DNA of 64,000 nt. Origin: Vicugna vicugna. Its lineage: Eukaryota. Shown piece by piece: positions 1 to 11,090 of this stretch. How positions within the stretch are numbered: position 1 is the first letter of the stretch; the number at the start of each line of letters is the position of its first letter. The notes beneath the pieces are model-generated. The model was given only the letters and a program-made list of their open reading frames with translations. It searched no databases and was not told where the DNA came from. Position numbers and translations under genes: made by a program. Where the stretch lies: NCBI GenBank assembly GCA_013265495.1, contig MU058221.1, positions 2,976,001-3,040,000 of the forward strand, read 5' to 3'.

Positions 1-177
1 ATTGTATTCTTTTATTTACAGATTTAAGGGGCAAATAAACCTTCTCTGACTCCTTTTCTCCATCCCTGCACCTTTCTATCCCATTTTCCTCCAGACCTCT
101 GGCAAAAAGAAAGCCCTTTGTTTCGTGTTTCTGAGAGTGGATTTTGCCTTCTCACTTCATCGTGGCTTTAAGGTTTT

Positions 178-682
178 AGTTACCAGAGAGTAGGTTCTTG
201 CCTTGTTGCAGAAAGAATTCAGAGATGAGACAAGAAGGTCAAGAAAGCAAAGCAAGGTTTATTATTAGGGGATAGTTGCTCTCAAGGGGAGAGCGGACAG
301 ACTCCGGAGTAGCTGCATTGAGTTTCCCTGGCAAGTTGATTATATGGGCTGTGAAAATGTATGGATGGAATATTCGTTGAGGAGGGAGGGGGTTGGGGTC
401 CTATTTCCTGATTCTCACCCCAGCTCCATCTTCCGGAGGGAAGGAGGCATTTTTGTCCTTATTTTGTCTTGATCGGAAGTATCATGGTGTTGGTGCGTGA
501 TGGTTACTTCTTATTTGTAAGGTTAATTTTGGTATAATGAGCATTCCATGAGGCTCAAACTCCAAGAGAAGTTGTATCTTCTGCCATCTTGGGCCCAGTT
601 GGTTCTGATCAGTTTATGTCTTATCCTCAATGGCTGTGTCATTCTTTTAACAGTTCTGCCCTGCCCCTAGCCTCCTATCTCA
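178..682 (-). mobile_element. ERV1-class solo LTR
   Basis: The minus strand starts TGAGATAGG and ends GGTAACT (canonical ..TAACA). A 4-bp TSD TTTT lies at 174-177 and 683-686. Both ends align with the LTR at 62363-62944. Confidence 0.85.
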
Positions 683-834
683 TTTTGACCTTCAATCTCA
701 TGTCAGTGATGATCCCCTCAGATACAGTTTGAATGAGATATAGCTTGTTTTTCTGGAGGTTTGATAAGGAATATGTTTGGAGATGATGTAGTTGGAAAGA
801 ATAGTATTACACATAAGGACAAGACTCTCAATCT

Positions 835-1152
835 TTTTTTTAAAAAGTTTTAACATTTTTTTAATTGAGTTATAGTCATTTTATAATGTTGTGCCAAATT
901 CCAGTGTAGAGCACAATTTTTCAGTTATACATGAACATGTATATATTCATTGTCACATTCTTTTTCACTATGAGCTACCACAGATCTTGTATATATTTCC
1001 CTGTGCTACACAGTATAATCCTGTTTATCTATTCTGCATATGCCTGTCAGTATCTACAAATTTTGAAATCCCAGTCTTTCCCTTCCCACCCTCCGCCCCC
1101 TTGGCAACCACAAGTTTGTATTCTATGTCTGTGAGTCTGTTTCTGTTTTGTC
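835..1152 (-). mobile_element. young lineage-specific L1, 3'-UTR fragment
   Basis: Poly-T start followed by the L1 3'-UTR that recurs about a dozen times in the window (CCCTGTGCTACACAGT, CCCTTCCCACCC tract). Confidence 0.9.
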
Positions 1153-1182
1153 TTTAAATTGTGGGTCCACAGCTGGCATTTC

Positions 1183-1320
1183 ACTTCAGCCTCAGCTTCC
1201 TCATCTATATAATACAGACAATAATATCTGCGCTTAATTCATAGACCTAGTCTGTGAAATTAATGCTGAATTGGATGGAAAGTGCTTTAAACTTTACCTG
1301 GCACATAATGAATTCTTCAT
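1183..1320 (+). mobile_element. MIR SINE fragment
   Basis: GCCTCAGCTTCCTCATCTATATAA...CCTGGCACATAATG resembles the MIR core and tail. Confidence 0.7.
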
Positions 1321-1949
1321 AGTTCCAGTTACGTTCAGTATTTTTATTCTTAAAGGACAGAAGCAATCAGAATGGAGGAGATGCGGGCATCAAGCACAGA
1401 TGTTGACTTTATAGGTTGATGAGGGGAAGTGTCTTCTGTTCCTTTGCCATTATGTCTGTTCTTTATCTTTAATCAGCCACTGCTCAGGGCTCAGAGCTTC
1501 TCTAATACAGTCTTTCCCTGGGTAGCAGAGTGGGCTCGGAATGGTTGCATGAGACTAGAATTCTAGGCAGTACCTACTATCCTACGATTTAGGTGTAAGA
1601 CTTTGGGCAAATTACGTCCCCTTAGGACTTCACTTTTCTTCATTATAAACAAATTCTAGCATTTTTTGACTTCAGAAGTATATTAAGTCTGGACAATAGA
1701 AATCTAAACATGATTTCTTTTCTTTATTTAATTTCTAGGCAAATAGTTAAAGGTTTCATTTTATTAACAGATGTAACAGGCCAAGTTCTGTTAAGTAATT
1801 CAATTGATTTTTTTTTCTTCTTAGTTGTTCAATGGTGCTATTGAATTGCAATATTGACTGCTTTTTTTTTTTTTTGGATCATTTGGATGCTCAATGCCAG
1901 TGATTAACTTTATTTATTCTATAACATTTCCTCCAGGGAAATATCTTTT

Positions 1950-3250
1950 AATAGCAGCTCTAATCTACATGACCTTGGATATGGTGATATAAATTTAGAA
2001 GTAGCATGAAGACACAATCCATGAAAGAAGCAATTGATAAACAAGGCTTCTTTAAAATTAAGAACTTTTGTCCTTTGAAAGACACAGTCAAGATAATTAG
2101 AAGACAAGCCACAGACTGAGAAAAAATATTTGCAAAAGAGACATCTGATACAGGACTGTTATCCAACATATATAAAGAACTCTTAAAAATCAATAATAAG
2201 AAAACAAAATAAAAAAAAAAAAAACCAATTAAAGAATGGGCCAAAAATCTTAAGAAACCTCACCAAAGAAGACATACTGATGGTAAATAAGCTTATGAGA
2301 AGATGTTTCATGTCATGTGTCATCAGGAAAATGCAAGGAAAATGCAAACTAAACAAGATACCACTGCACACCTATCAGAATGGCCAAAATCTGGAACACT
2401 GACAACACCAGATGCCGGCAAGGGTGTGGAGGAAGAGCAGCTCTCATACACTGCTGGTGGAAACGCAAGATGGTACAGCCATTTTGGAAAGCAATTCGGC
2501 AGTTTCTTATAAAACTAAATATACTCTTACCATGGGATCCAGCAATCATGTTTCTTGATATTTACCCAAAGGCGCTGGAAACTTATGTCTATGCAAAAAC
2601 CTGCACATGGATAGTTTTAGCAACTTTATTCATAATTGCCAAAACTTGGAAGCAACCAAAATATTCTTAGTAGGTGAATGGTTAAGTAAGATGTAGTACA
2701 TCCAGATAAGGGAATGTCACTCGGCACTAAGAAGAAATAAGATATCGGGTCATGAAAAGAGGCGGATATTACGCATGCTATTAAGTGAAAGAAGCCAATC
2801 TAAAAAGGCTGCATATTGGAGGATTACAGCTACATGGCCTCTGGAAGATGCAGAAGTATGGAAACAACAGACAGGTGGGTGGTGGCTGGAGGGGTGACGG
2901 ACAGGAGGGGCATAGTGGATTTTTAGGCAGTGAAAATACTCTGTGTGTTATTATAATGATCTGTATACATCACTATATATTTGTCCAAACCCACAGTATA
3001 TACAACACCCTCAGAGTGATCTCTAAGGTAAACTGCGGAGTTTGGGTGATTACGATGTGTCAGTGTAGATTCATCTTTGGTAAAAAAAATGTACCACTCT
3101 GGTGAGCGACATCAATAACGGCCATGCATGGCCATGCATGGGAGGAGGAGTTTGTAAGAAGTCTCTGTACCTCCCTCGCAACTTTGCTATCAACCCAAAA
3201 CTGCTCTAAAAAGTAAACTCTTAAAAAAATAAAAAGAAAGAAAGAAAAAG
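1950..3250 (+). mobile_element. ancient L1 (L1MC1-like), ORF2 C-terminus plus 3'-UTR
   Basis: ORF 2380-2670 contains L1 ORF2 C-terminal motifs ([37 protein letters not shown]). The 3'-UTR matches recalled L1MC1, with an A-rich tail at about 3223-3250. Confidence 0.9.
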
Positions 3251-4239
3251 GACCAGCCGTCTATGTTAGAGACAATACAATTATAAACAGAAATAAATGT
3301 ATTTCTGAATATGGTTTGCTTTAAAAAAAAAAACCGTTTGGCCTCATTTCCTCATTACAGTGTTCCGTTCCTTGGCTACGTCCACATGCCAACATTATAC
3401 GGGGTCTCCCATCGGTCCACACTCTCATTTACTCTGGGACTTTCAAAATCGCGCTCCGTCTGTCCAGAGCCCACTCACCTCCTGCAGCCCCACTCAGACA
3501 CTCCTCTTTCCAGCCCCAGATGGGACATTCCTTCCTCATAAGTTCATCAGAGTCGCCCTTTTCCTTCACTTCCTGCCACTCTCCACTCGGCCTTAGTCCT
3601 CTGTTTCTTATGGAAAGTGCTCTCCACCATTCTTCTTTTTTCTTCTGTTTTACTGTCAAAGCAACTCTCTCAAAAGTTCCGACATTTATTTATACTTAAA
3701 GTAGAGAACTTACTGAATAATTGCAAACTGTTAGCTGTTCTTGGCTTGGCATACACACTCAACAGTGGAGACCTGGATTTATGGATGGAGAGTTGAAATC
3801 ACGGCTTTTCGGAGGAGGTTCCAGCATTATAAACATAGTTTATATTAAAGAAATAGGCAGAGCTGCCTCAAGAGAAAAATCAGACTTCAAAGGAAACTAG
3901 GAGTTGTTAAGATTACACCTTTCCAGTCTACCTCAACTTGTTCTTTCCTAGTCTTTGAGTTCTTTTATAACTCTGTGAACTGTCGCCGATAACAATGCAA
4001 AATAATTCTTGTCTACAGACACGCAGATTGTGTGAACTGACTCCCCCTCCTCGCTGCGGAAGAGGCTGCTTTGCATCCATTTTAATATTATGGATCTATA
4101 AATACGTCTGTGGAGCTGCTTGTGACATCTGATGAGTTCTCTCAATAAGAATAAAGACCCTAAACACCTGTGTATTTTTATGCCTGTCTGAAAGGCATGA
4201 TTCTTACCACTTTTTGAAAATTATCGTTTAACAACAGGA

Positions 4240-4770
4240 TGCTCGTGTGCCAAGACTGGAGGGAGAAGCAGTGTCTGGATGGCCCTTCGTTTGGAAATCG
4301 TCACGTTACTGGGCCCCTCGGTGCGAAGCTGTGTCTGACGTCGGCGCCAACCCTCCAGCACGGTGCAGCGCCAGCACCTGCCGCACCGACAGAGCCCCTG
4401 CCTGTCCGGACTCCGCCACGAGCCCTCTTCCTGTTACTTCCCCCCGATACCCGGCATCAGTGGTAACTTCCCTCCAGTGCAGCCCAAGCCGTGGGTCCTG
4501 TGGGGCCCCCTCATGAATTTCTGGCCGCTTCCTCTCCACACAGACAAATGCCCTTGACCCCTTCTAGACTCGGCGCGCTTTCCTCCCCATGCACCACCAC
4601 CACCCTGGGCATAACACGTGAACGGGAAGGCCCCCCATCCCCGACTCCTAGTGCCTGAAGAACTCCTCCCGGCCGTTTCAGCCTCCTCGGGCCCCAAGGA
4701 GGCTCAGCGTAGCAGAGCTGAGGGGGAAGTTAGGCCCCGTCTAGCTCAGCACGCACACTGCCGCTGCTCA
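4240..4770. promoter_or_regulatory. CpG/GC-rich patch, possibly regulatory
   Basis: Many retained CpGs against a CpG-poor background; no repeat recognised. Confidence 0.3.
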
Positions 4771-5479
4771 TTGCTTTGACCTGCAGTTCTGTGTTTGGGA
4801 AGCACCTGACTCCTGAACGACTCGTTCTTACGCACTGAATCTCTGCACCCTCAAAGGGACAATCCTTTCTTTCCTCTTTTTCCCTCCAGTTCTGAGCGCC
4901 TGGGGAGTGATTGACCTTAGAGGTGTCATTCTTGATGCAAATGGAAAAAAATCTCCCTCTTCTCCTAACGCCTGTGGGAAGTGAACAGGCCCCGGGGTCC
5001 CTCCCGTTTATAACCCACTCTCCTCACTCTGAGGGGCAGCCCCCGTCCCTCCTGTTCGCCAGGGAAGTGCTAACACACTGTAAGCCTTTAATAAAGTTTA
5101 CAGTTATTAGCAATTTCATTTTAACGTTTCCCTCAGCAACCATTTTTTATGGTGGTTAGGGATGTTTAAAATAATACAGAGGTGTTAGATCACAGGCATT
5201 TCATATTTGAATACTTTTTCGGGGAGGACTGAATTGAACATTATCATTAATTATGTAGCTTTGTGGGTTTTTTTTTTTATTTTTTAGTGGGATAAGTCCT
5301 CTCAATACCAAACCATTGTCTCGCGTAAGAATCTCAGAGACACAACGGTTTCTGTTCTTTTCAGTTCTCTCTTTTTCTCAATTCCGTTCTGTTTAATTCT
5401 CTAAATTATGGCCCTTGCTTCTTTTCCGCTCAACTAAACTGTAAGCTCCTTGAGGTTAGGGCTGGAAAGTCGTCTCAAC

Positions 5480-5756
5480 CTCAGTCCCGCGCTAGTGCTT
5501 AGCGCGCATTCCGGCGGGCGGTGGGCGCTGTGGGAGCGGTGTGCGACCCGAGTGTCCCCTTGGCAGCTACGTGGGACAGAGACAAGGAGAGACCGCCTCC
5601 AAGCAAAGCAGACAAGTGCTGAACCTAAGCCTGAAAGAGCCGAGGCCGGGAGGCAGGAGCAGACGGAGGCGAAACACAGAGGCTGGTTCCCGGGGCAGGC
5701 GGACCTGGAGTCGGCCAGAGAAGGTGGAAAAACCAAAGCAGGGTCTGAGGGGCAAA
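5480..5756 (+). promoter_or_regulatory. small CpG promoter-like patch, candidate first exon
   Basis: Clustered GCGCGCAT (NRF1-like), ATTCCGG 5508-5514 (ETS-like) and GGGCGG 5516-5521 (GC box), followed by a donor-like AAA|GTAAGA at 5756/5757. Confidence 0.4.
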
Positions 5757-6128
5757 GTAAGACTTGGAAGGCAAGGAAGGCAGGCTTCTACTTGCTTCAA
5801 CATTCACCTAAGAACTTGCTGTCAACACATTTCTCCTTGAGGCTTCATCAGGCAATACTGCTATGCATCTTTTTTTTTTCCTTGTCAAAGATGGTGAACT
5901 TGATTAACACTATATGACCGTAAAAAGCCTCCCCAGTGATCACAGGACAGCCTGTGGAAAACCACAAGTCAATTCTTAGACCTATCTTATAATAATAATA
6001 ATTTATGGAGTGTAATAAGATTACCATTAGACAACAACCGCCTTCACGGACCCCTCACAACACAATAGGTTCATCTGAGGTATTTATATTACAAATATTT
6101 ACTCCATATTTAGAGAATTTAGAGAATG

Positions 6129-6185
6129 TGTATATGCATATATATATATACATATATATATATGTATATATATATACACATATAA
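6129..6185. repeat. (TA)n-rich microsatellite
   Basis: Interrupted TA run seen directly. Confidence 0.9.
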
Positions 6186-6210
6186 ACACATAGGGCTAAT
6201 TTATAAATAC

Positions 6211-6272
6211 ATAAAATGAGGATAATTCGTGCCTCACTCACAAAGGTGTGAAAACCCAATTAGTACGCACAC
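6211..6272 (+). mobile_element. MIR fragment (left arm of inverted pair)
   Basis: ATAAAATGAGGATAATTCGTGCCTCACTCACAAAGGTGTGAAAACCCAATTAG resembles the 3' half of the MIR core. Confidence 0.6.
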
Positions 6273-6334
6273 TATGTATAAAAAATATAAAGGTTACATA
6301 TTCACATTAATGTAAATAATGTTCTTATATGTGT

Positions 6335-6445
6335 GTGTGTACTAATTGGATTTCACAGCACCTTTGTGATCCAGGCACTAATATAGTACCCATTTTTCAG
6401 GTGAAAACCTGGGTACCGAGAGCAAACGAACTTGCTCATGGTTCG
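6335..6445 (-). mobile_element. MIR fragment (right arm of inverted pair)
   Basis: The reverse complement reads CCATGAGCAAGTTCGTTTGCTCTCGGTACCCAGGTTTTCACCTGAAAAATGGG..., matching the MIR core. Confidence 0.7.
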
Positions 6446-7073
6446 AGTGAGAGCAGGGGTACTTCCTAATTTATCTTACTTGGTTGTCACAGCGGGCTCT
6501 GGAGAAGGGTGTTAAAGCCCCTTCTGTAGGTGGAGATGAGAGGCTGTTTGTTGCTAAGTGTTATTAAGGAAACAAGTCAGTGCCGCCAAGCAGCGTGAAG
6601 CCAGGGCTTGGGTCCTGTTTGTTCTGGCTCTAAAACCAGTGTGTTGAACCAGGTCCCAGTAAACCCCCAGAAAGCTGTTGGGAATTGTGTCAGCCATTCC
6701 TGATAATTGGGTCCTTATGGGCAAGGGTAACATACATCCAGGAATAAGGAGCAGGACACACGGCCTGAAATAATTCACATAAACGAGTAAGAGCCTCGGG
6801 GTCCGACTGGCATATTCCGACCCCGGAGGGGCCACGTCTGGAGAGCCCTCTTCCACCACGCTGATTCTGTAGCGGTTGGGTGCTTGGGTCACGAGACGGC
6901 CAAACGTCACTTCTAATGAGTAACTTAAAACAGATGTCACAGCTGCCTCCTGCTGACAGACTGCTCCTTCCTTGGGAACTCCTGTACTGCTGGTCTGGGA
7001 AAAGTGAGGCCGACGGCTGTCTGCCCCGGCAGGTGAACATCGTTGCAAGTAAGCATTCCATCATGTTTTGTAG

Positions 7074-7163
7074 TATGTCCAGCAGTGCCCATTGCAAAGT
7101 CAGACACGGAAGATACATCTTTTTCACAATGATTATGTCCATGCCCTGTGGTTTAATGCCGAA
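7074..7163 (+). other. candidate 90-nt internal exon
   Basis: Acceptor TGTTTTGTAG ends at 7073 and donor GAA|GTAAGG starts at 7164. No homology recognised. Confidence 0.3.
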
Positions 7164-7362
7164 GTAAGGTACACTTGTCTTGCAGTTAAGTTTAAAAAAA
7201 AAAAAAAGGTCCATTCTCATCCAAAGACTCAAAGTCAGCTAAACGTGGCCAAAAATTACGTTGACTTGAAATCACTAGATAATTAAGAGCAGAAAAAAGC
7301 ATTTGAAAGGTACTTGAACAACTGCAGTTAACAACTCCAACTTTCCATTTCTCATTTCTCAG

Positions 7363-7425
7363 GTAGACATCATCCCCCTGCACACGTTTTCTGACTGTAA
7401 TAAATGAAAGAAATCCCATTTAACA
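7363..7425 (+). other. candidate short terminal exon with poly(A) signal
   Basis: Branch-like GTTAAC at about 7327-7332, a long pyrimidine tract ending CTCAG at 7362, AATAAA at 7399-7404 and a U-rich tract at about 7425-7440. Confidence 0.35.
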
Positions 7426-8689
7426 TTTTCCTTCTCGTTTAATGAAAAGCATCAGACTAGGAATTTCCATTTTTATCTGACACTTCAGTTTGCCTGCTCT
7501 CATAGCAAACAGAGGGGCATTAACTCCTAGGGATTTAGTAATAAGATTAAAATAAGGAAAACTGAATAAAAGGATCATTCAGACCAAAGCCCTGTCTGCA
7601 GGCAGCTCCACGCATAAATCATCTTGGGGAACGAGGGTTTCTGTATTATATTGAACAACCTCTAGAAAAGGAGACTGTGTTGCCTTTTGAAAAGAACTTT
7701 GTGCAGAGTATTTGGCTAAAAAGGATACATTGAAAGCTTCTTTTAGGTTTGAACTTGAAGCAATGTCTATAAAGCTGGAGCTGAGATTCAGGTGAAGAAC
7801 CCTGAGCCCTGTTTTACAGATTCCTCTCCTACCGCTGCAGGCATCAGATGCTTTTTGAGAGCTGGTAAGGAGTTCAGCCCTAGTTTGAGCACCACTTGGC
7901 AACCAAGAGTGGCTTAATTTGCGGGCAAAATTTCATCTCTTAAATTGGATGGTGGCACACAGATATCCCTTCTATTATTCTTAAAGAATTTTTGTTCATT
8001 TAAAATACTACATTTAAAAAAAAAAAAGCCCCTCTCCCCTCAGCTCCCCACCAAATGGTGATCCCTGGTTCCCTGAGCTGCGCTGGAATTTTCTCAAGGC
8101 CTCACCACTCTTGTTTCCCGGCTGGCACGTTCCTAGCACTCCTTTAAGGCTCACCTCTAGCTTATGATCGTCAGGAGATTTCAAGATCTTTCCGTGTCGA
8201 ATCGACTATTCAGGTGAGTTAACATTCGTTCATCTCTTGGTGGGATACGTGGTGCACAGCAGGACATTAGGGATGTTGGCTTCCTTGCTTCCTCCTTTCC
8301 TCTCTCCTTGTGTCTGACCCCCCACCCCAATATGATTTGCTCCCCAGGTGTACTTAACAGAGCACCTCTCCCCTGCTTGGAAGGTACTGTGTGTGCACCT
8401 GTCCACCTGCCTCTTTCTCCTCCATCCTCTCTCCAGCTTCTGTCTAGAGATGGTGCTCTTCCCCTGTGCGATTCCAGCACTGGGCACAGGTCATGGACTA
8501 CAGTTAACTAAACAGCAACAAGCAGACATGAATAAGGACCAGACCCGAAGGAAACCGAAGGGGTTTCCCACGAGGGGCAAAGACTTGAAGTGGGAAGAAA
8601 GGAGTGGTAGGTGTTCCTAAGACTCGTTAACCACTTGCTTAGGGGCTAGCAGTCGGCTCGGTGTTTTGTCTACATCACAGCACCCATCT

Positions 8690-8850
8690 TCACACCAATC
8701 TGCTGAAACAGACGTGACTATTATTCTCATCTTTCACTTTGGAAAATCGAGGTCCGCAAGGTGAATTACCTTTACAAAATTATAAAACACGTCATCTGTA
8801 GAGCTGGGAAGTTAAGCCATATCCAAGGCAACGCTTTCTTCTGTATTACA
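8690..8850 (-). mobile_element. MIR fragment
   Basis: TATTATTCTCATCTTTCAC..GGAAAATCGAGG..AGGTGAATTACCTT resembles antisense MIR. Confidence 0.6.
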
Positions 8851-9309
8851 CTACTTCTTGGTGTGTCAGGAGGACTCCTGATGTATAGAAAGTAGAGAAA
8901 CTCCCTGCTCCCTACTTAAGACAACCTCAGACCTCCTTGGCAGGCAGTGTGTCACACCAGCCACCACAACACGTACGTACTGATCACGTAACTGCACAAG
9001 ATGCCTCTTGCCCCCTCTCAGTCCAGCAGGGAGACTCAAAGGTGGGAAAGATGAGACTATGTGAGTCTGATTTATTTTTCTTACAGTATCCCTGAGAACA
9101 GGGGGAAAATGACAGATATGCTCAAAATGTAGCAGTCTCCAAGCTTGCAGTTTTGAAAACACGCATTTACAGAATAAAACACCTTCCTTTCTCCCCCTTC
9201 TCTTTATAGCATTCATCTTCCTGCCCTGCAAGCTTTCAGGTGTTTGAGCTTGGCCTGTGCTGTATGGATGCATTAATCTAGCTTGCCTACTTCCTTGTCA
9301 GGTCTAAAG

Positions 9310-9610
9310 CGAGGGTCTACAGATTGTGGCCTGCAAGCTAAGACTGGCTTTTTTTTTTGCTTTTTTCAATGCTTGAAAAAAAAATCAAAAGGAAAAGATT
9401 ATTCCATAGCACATGAAAATTGTATGAAATTAATATTCGCAAATCTCGAACTCTCAAGTTATACTTCAACAAAAAACTACATGAAATTAAATTTCAGTGT
9501 CCGTGATTAATTTTTTTGGAATACAGCACCACCCACTCATTTCTGCATTGCATGTGGCTGCTTTCGAGCTGCGGTGACAGAATTGAGTAGTTGTGACAGA
9601 GACCTCATGT
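9310..9610 (+). mobile_element. MER58B-like hAT-Charlie non-autonomous DNA transposon, 3'-truncated
   Basis: AAAAAAATCAAAAGG...AAATTTCAGTGTCC...TGGCTGCTTTCG...TTGAGTAGTTGTGACAGAGACC matches recalled MER58B, with a small internal duplication. Confidence 0.85.
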
Positions 9611-9654
9611 TGGGTCAGAGACAAAAGACAAGGGACTTCATTACAGCAAAAACA

Positions 9655-9846
9655 ACAGGTAGACACTACATATAAAAATAGATTTTAAAAAGTCTCTGCT
9701 ATATAGTACTATGTTGAATATCTTGTAATAACCTTTAATAAAAAATATGAAAATGAATCTATGTATATATATGCATGACTGGGACACTGTGCTGCACACC
9801 AGGAACTGACACATTGTAACTGATGGTACCTCAATTAAAAAAAAAA
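9655..9846 (+). mobile_element. young L1 3'-end fragment
   Basis: Same L1 3'-UTR family, ending CAATTAAAAAAAAAA. Confidence 0.85.
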
Positions 9847-10639
9847 GCAACAACTGGAGATTAATGTAGGTTTGTACAGGTGTGGGCAGGGTCACGATTC
9901 CCTCCATGGGGGTCACACAAAGCATGGGCGCACGCTCGTGCTGTGAGCTGTGTTAGAGGAAGCTGGGGAGAGTCACCACTTTCGTGGTCCATGGACGTAA
10001 GCCCCCTGTTTGTCCAAGAGGAGACGTTACCTCATCCCTCAGATTTGCTCACAGCAAACACAGCCCTGAGACATGGCCCAGATAAAGCGTTGTCGGGACC
10101 TTGCCTTCTTGCTGCACCTGGAAGAGTACACGCGGCTCTCAGGTCCCGCTGCAGGCGGCCCCTCCCATCAAGGCACTGCTAAATGTCTGGGGGTTTCAAA
10201 TCTTATCGTGCGATGGCTCATCTTAAACACGCTTTGAATGGATGACACTCATTAAGCCACGTGTCACCCATGTCCTCATCGTGGCGGTTTATTTTCAGTC
10301 TTGTGTTGTGCTAGTGTTCCGTGTCAAATCAGGAGTAAACTTATATTCTTCCAATGTGTTCTTACGATGAAATCCTCTTCATTAATTGGATTACTAAAAA
10401 TCCAAGAGCCCATTAGTATTTCTCTCCAAAATACAACACTTCTTAAAGAAACACTGCTCTGGTACAAGCTGAGAAATGTTTTTGTTGCAATTCACTTCAC
10501 TATTTCGTTGTAGTTCAAATTTCTATTGATTTTATTGATCCTCTTTATAACTTCTGCCTCAAATTCTATTATTTTTTTGCCAGATTTTTTTTTCTCAATA
10601 AAACAATAGATATAAAGACGACAAAAGAAAGTACCCAAT

Positions 10640-11090
10640 TCAGTTTAGTTTCTCTCAAAAGAAGAATCCCCCAATAAAAGGATTTTAGTATACGTAGTTT
10701 GATTCGGGAAATGATTCCTGAAAGTATCAGTGAGGAACGGGGAAGTGAGACAGAGATTCATAGAGAGACAATGATGGAGTGTATCATCAGGTAATCATGA
10801 TGGGCTGCTGAGCCTAAAACAATCTGGGAACTTGGGGAGTCAGTATAGAGGCTTCAGTCGTATCTCGCCTGAGTGATGAGGGGTGTGGGAGCTGGGGAAT
10901 TGATACGCCAACATCTTCAGTCATTTTTGAGATTAGCTCTGGGTAAAGGGGCAGGTGTTTATATTCTCTGACTATGAATGAGAGATCCCAGGGGAAAAGT
11001 AAACAAAATGGCATTTGGGGGTCAGCTTTATATACTGTAGTATAATGGCCTGGAGGGGGGGACATGGCTGGGGTCCCACAGTGTCTGCTA
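10640..11090 (-). mobile_element. old MaLR LTR (MLT1J/K-like)
   Basis: The minus strand starts ..AGCAGACACTGTGGGACCCCAGCCATGTCCCC, and an internal GGGGAAGTGAGACAG motif is typical of old MLT1. Confidence 0.6.

Noticed and set aside
891..1157. Recurring ORF family (also 46259-46501, 58750-59187, 63153-63338) as a multicopy gene
   Set aside because: These are antisense frames of the L1 3'-UTR, bounded by poly-A tails and TSDs.
2380..2670. 96-aa ORF as a gene
   Set aside because: It is a decayed L1 ORF2 C-terminal remnant.
3122..3141. Perfect 20-bp palindrome CCATGCATGGCCATGCATGG
   Set aside because: It is explained by tandem duplication of a 10-bp palindrome inside an old L1 3'-UTR.
5450..5917. 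155-aa ORF over the CpG patch
   Set aside because: It has a non-ATG start, lies in GC-rich stop-poor sequence and shows no recognisable domain.
6554..7232. Longest ORFs (164 and 180 aa, minus strand)
   Set aside because: The frames overlap, show no recognisable motif, and one runs through a poly-T tract. The splice signals I can see favour the opposite strand.
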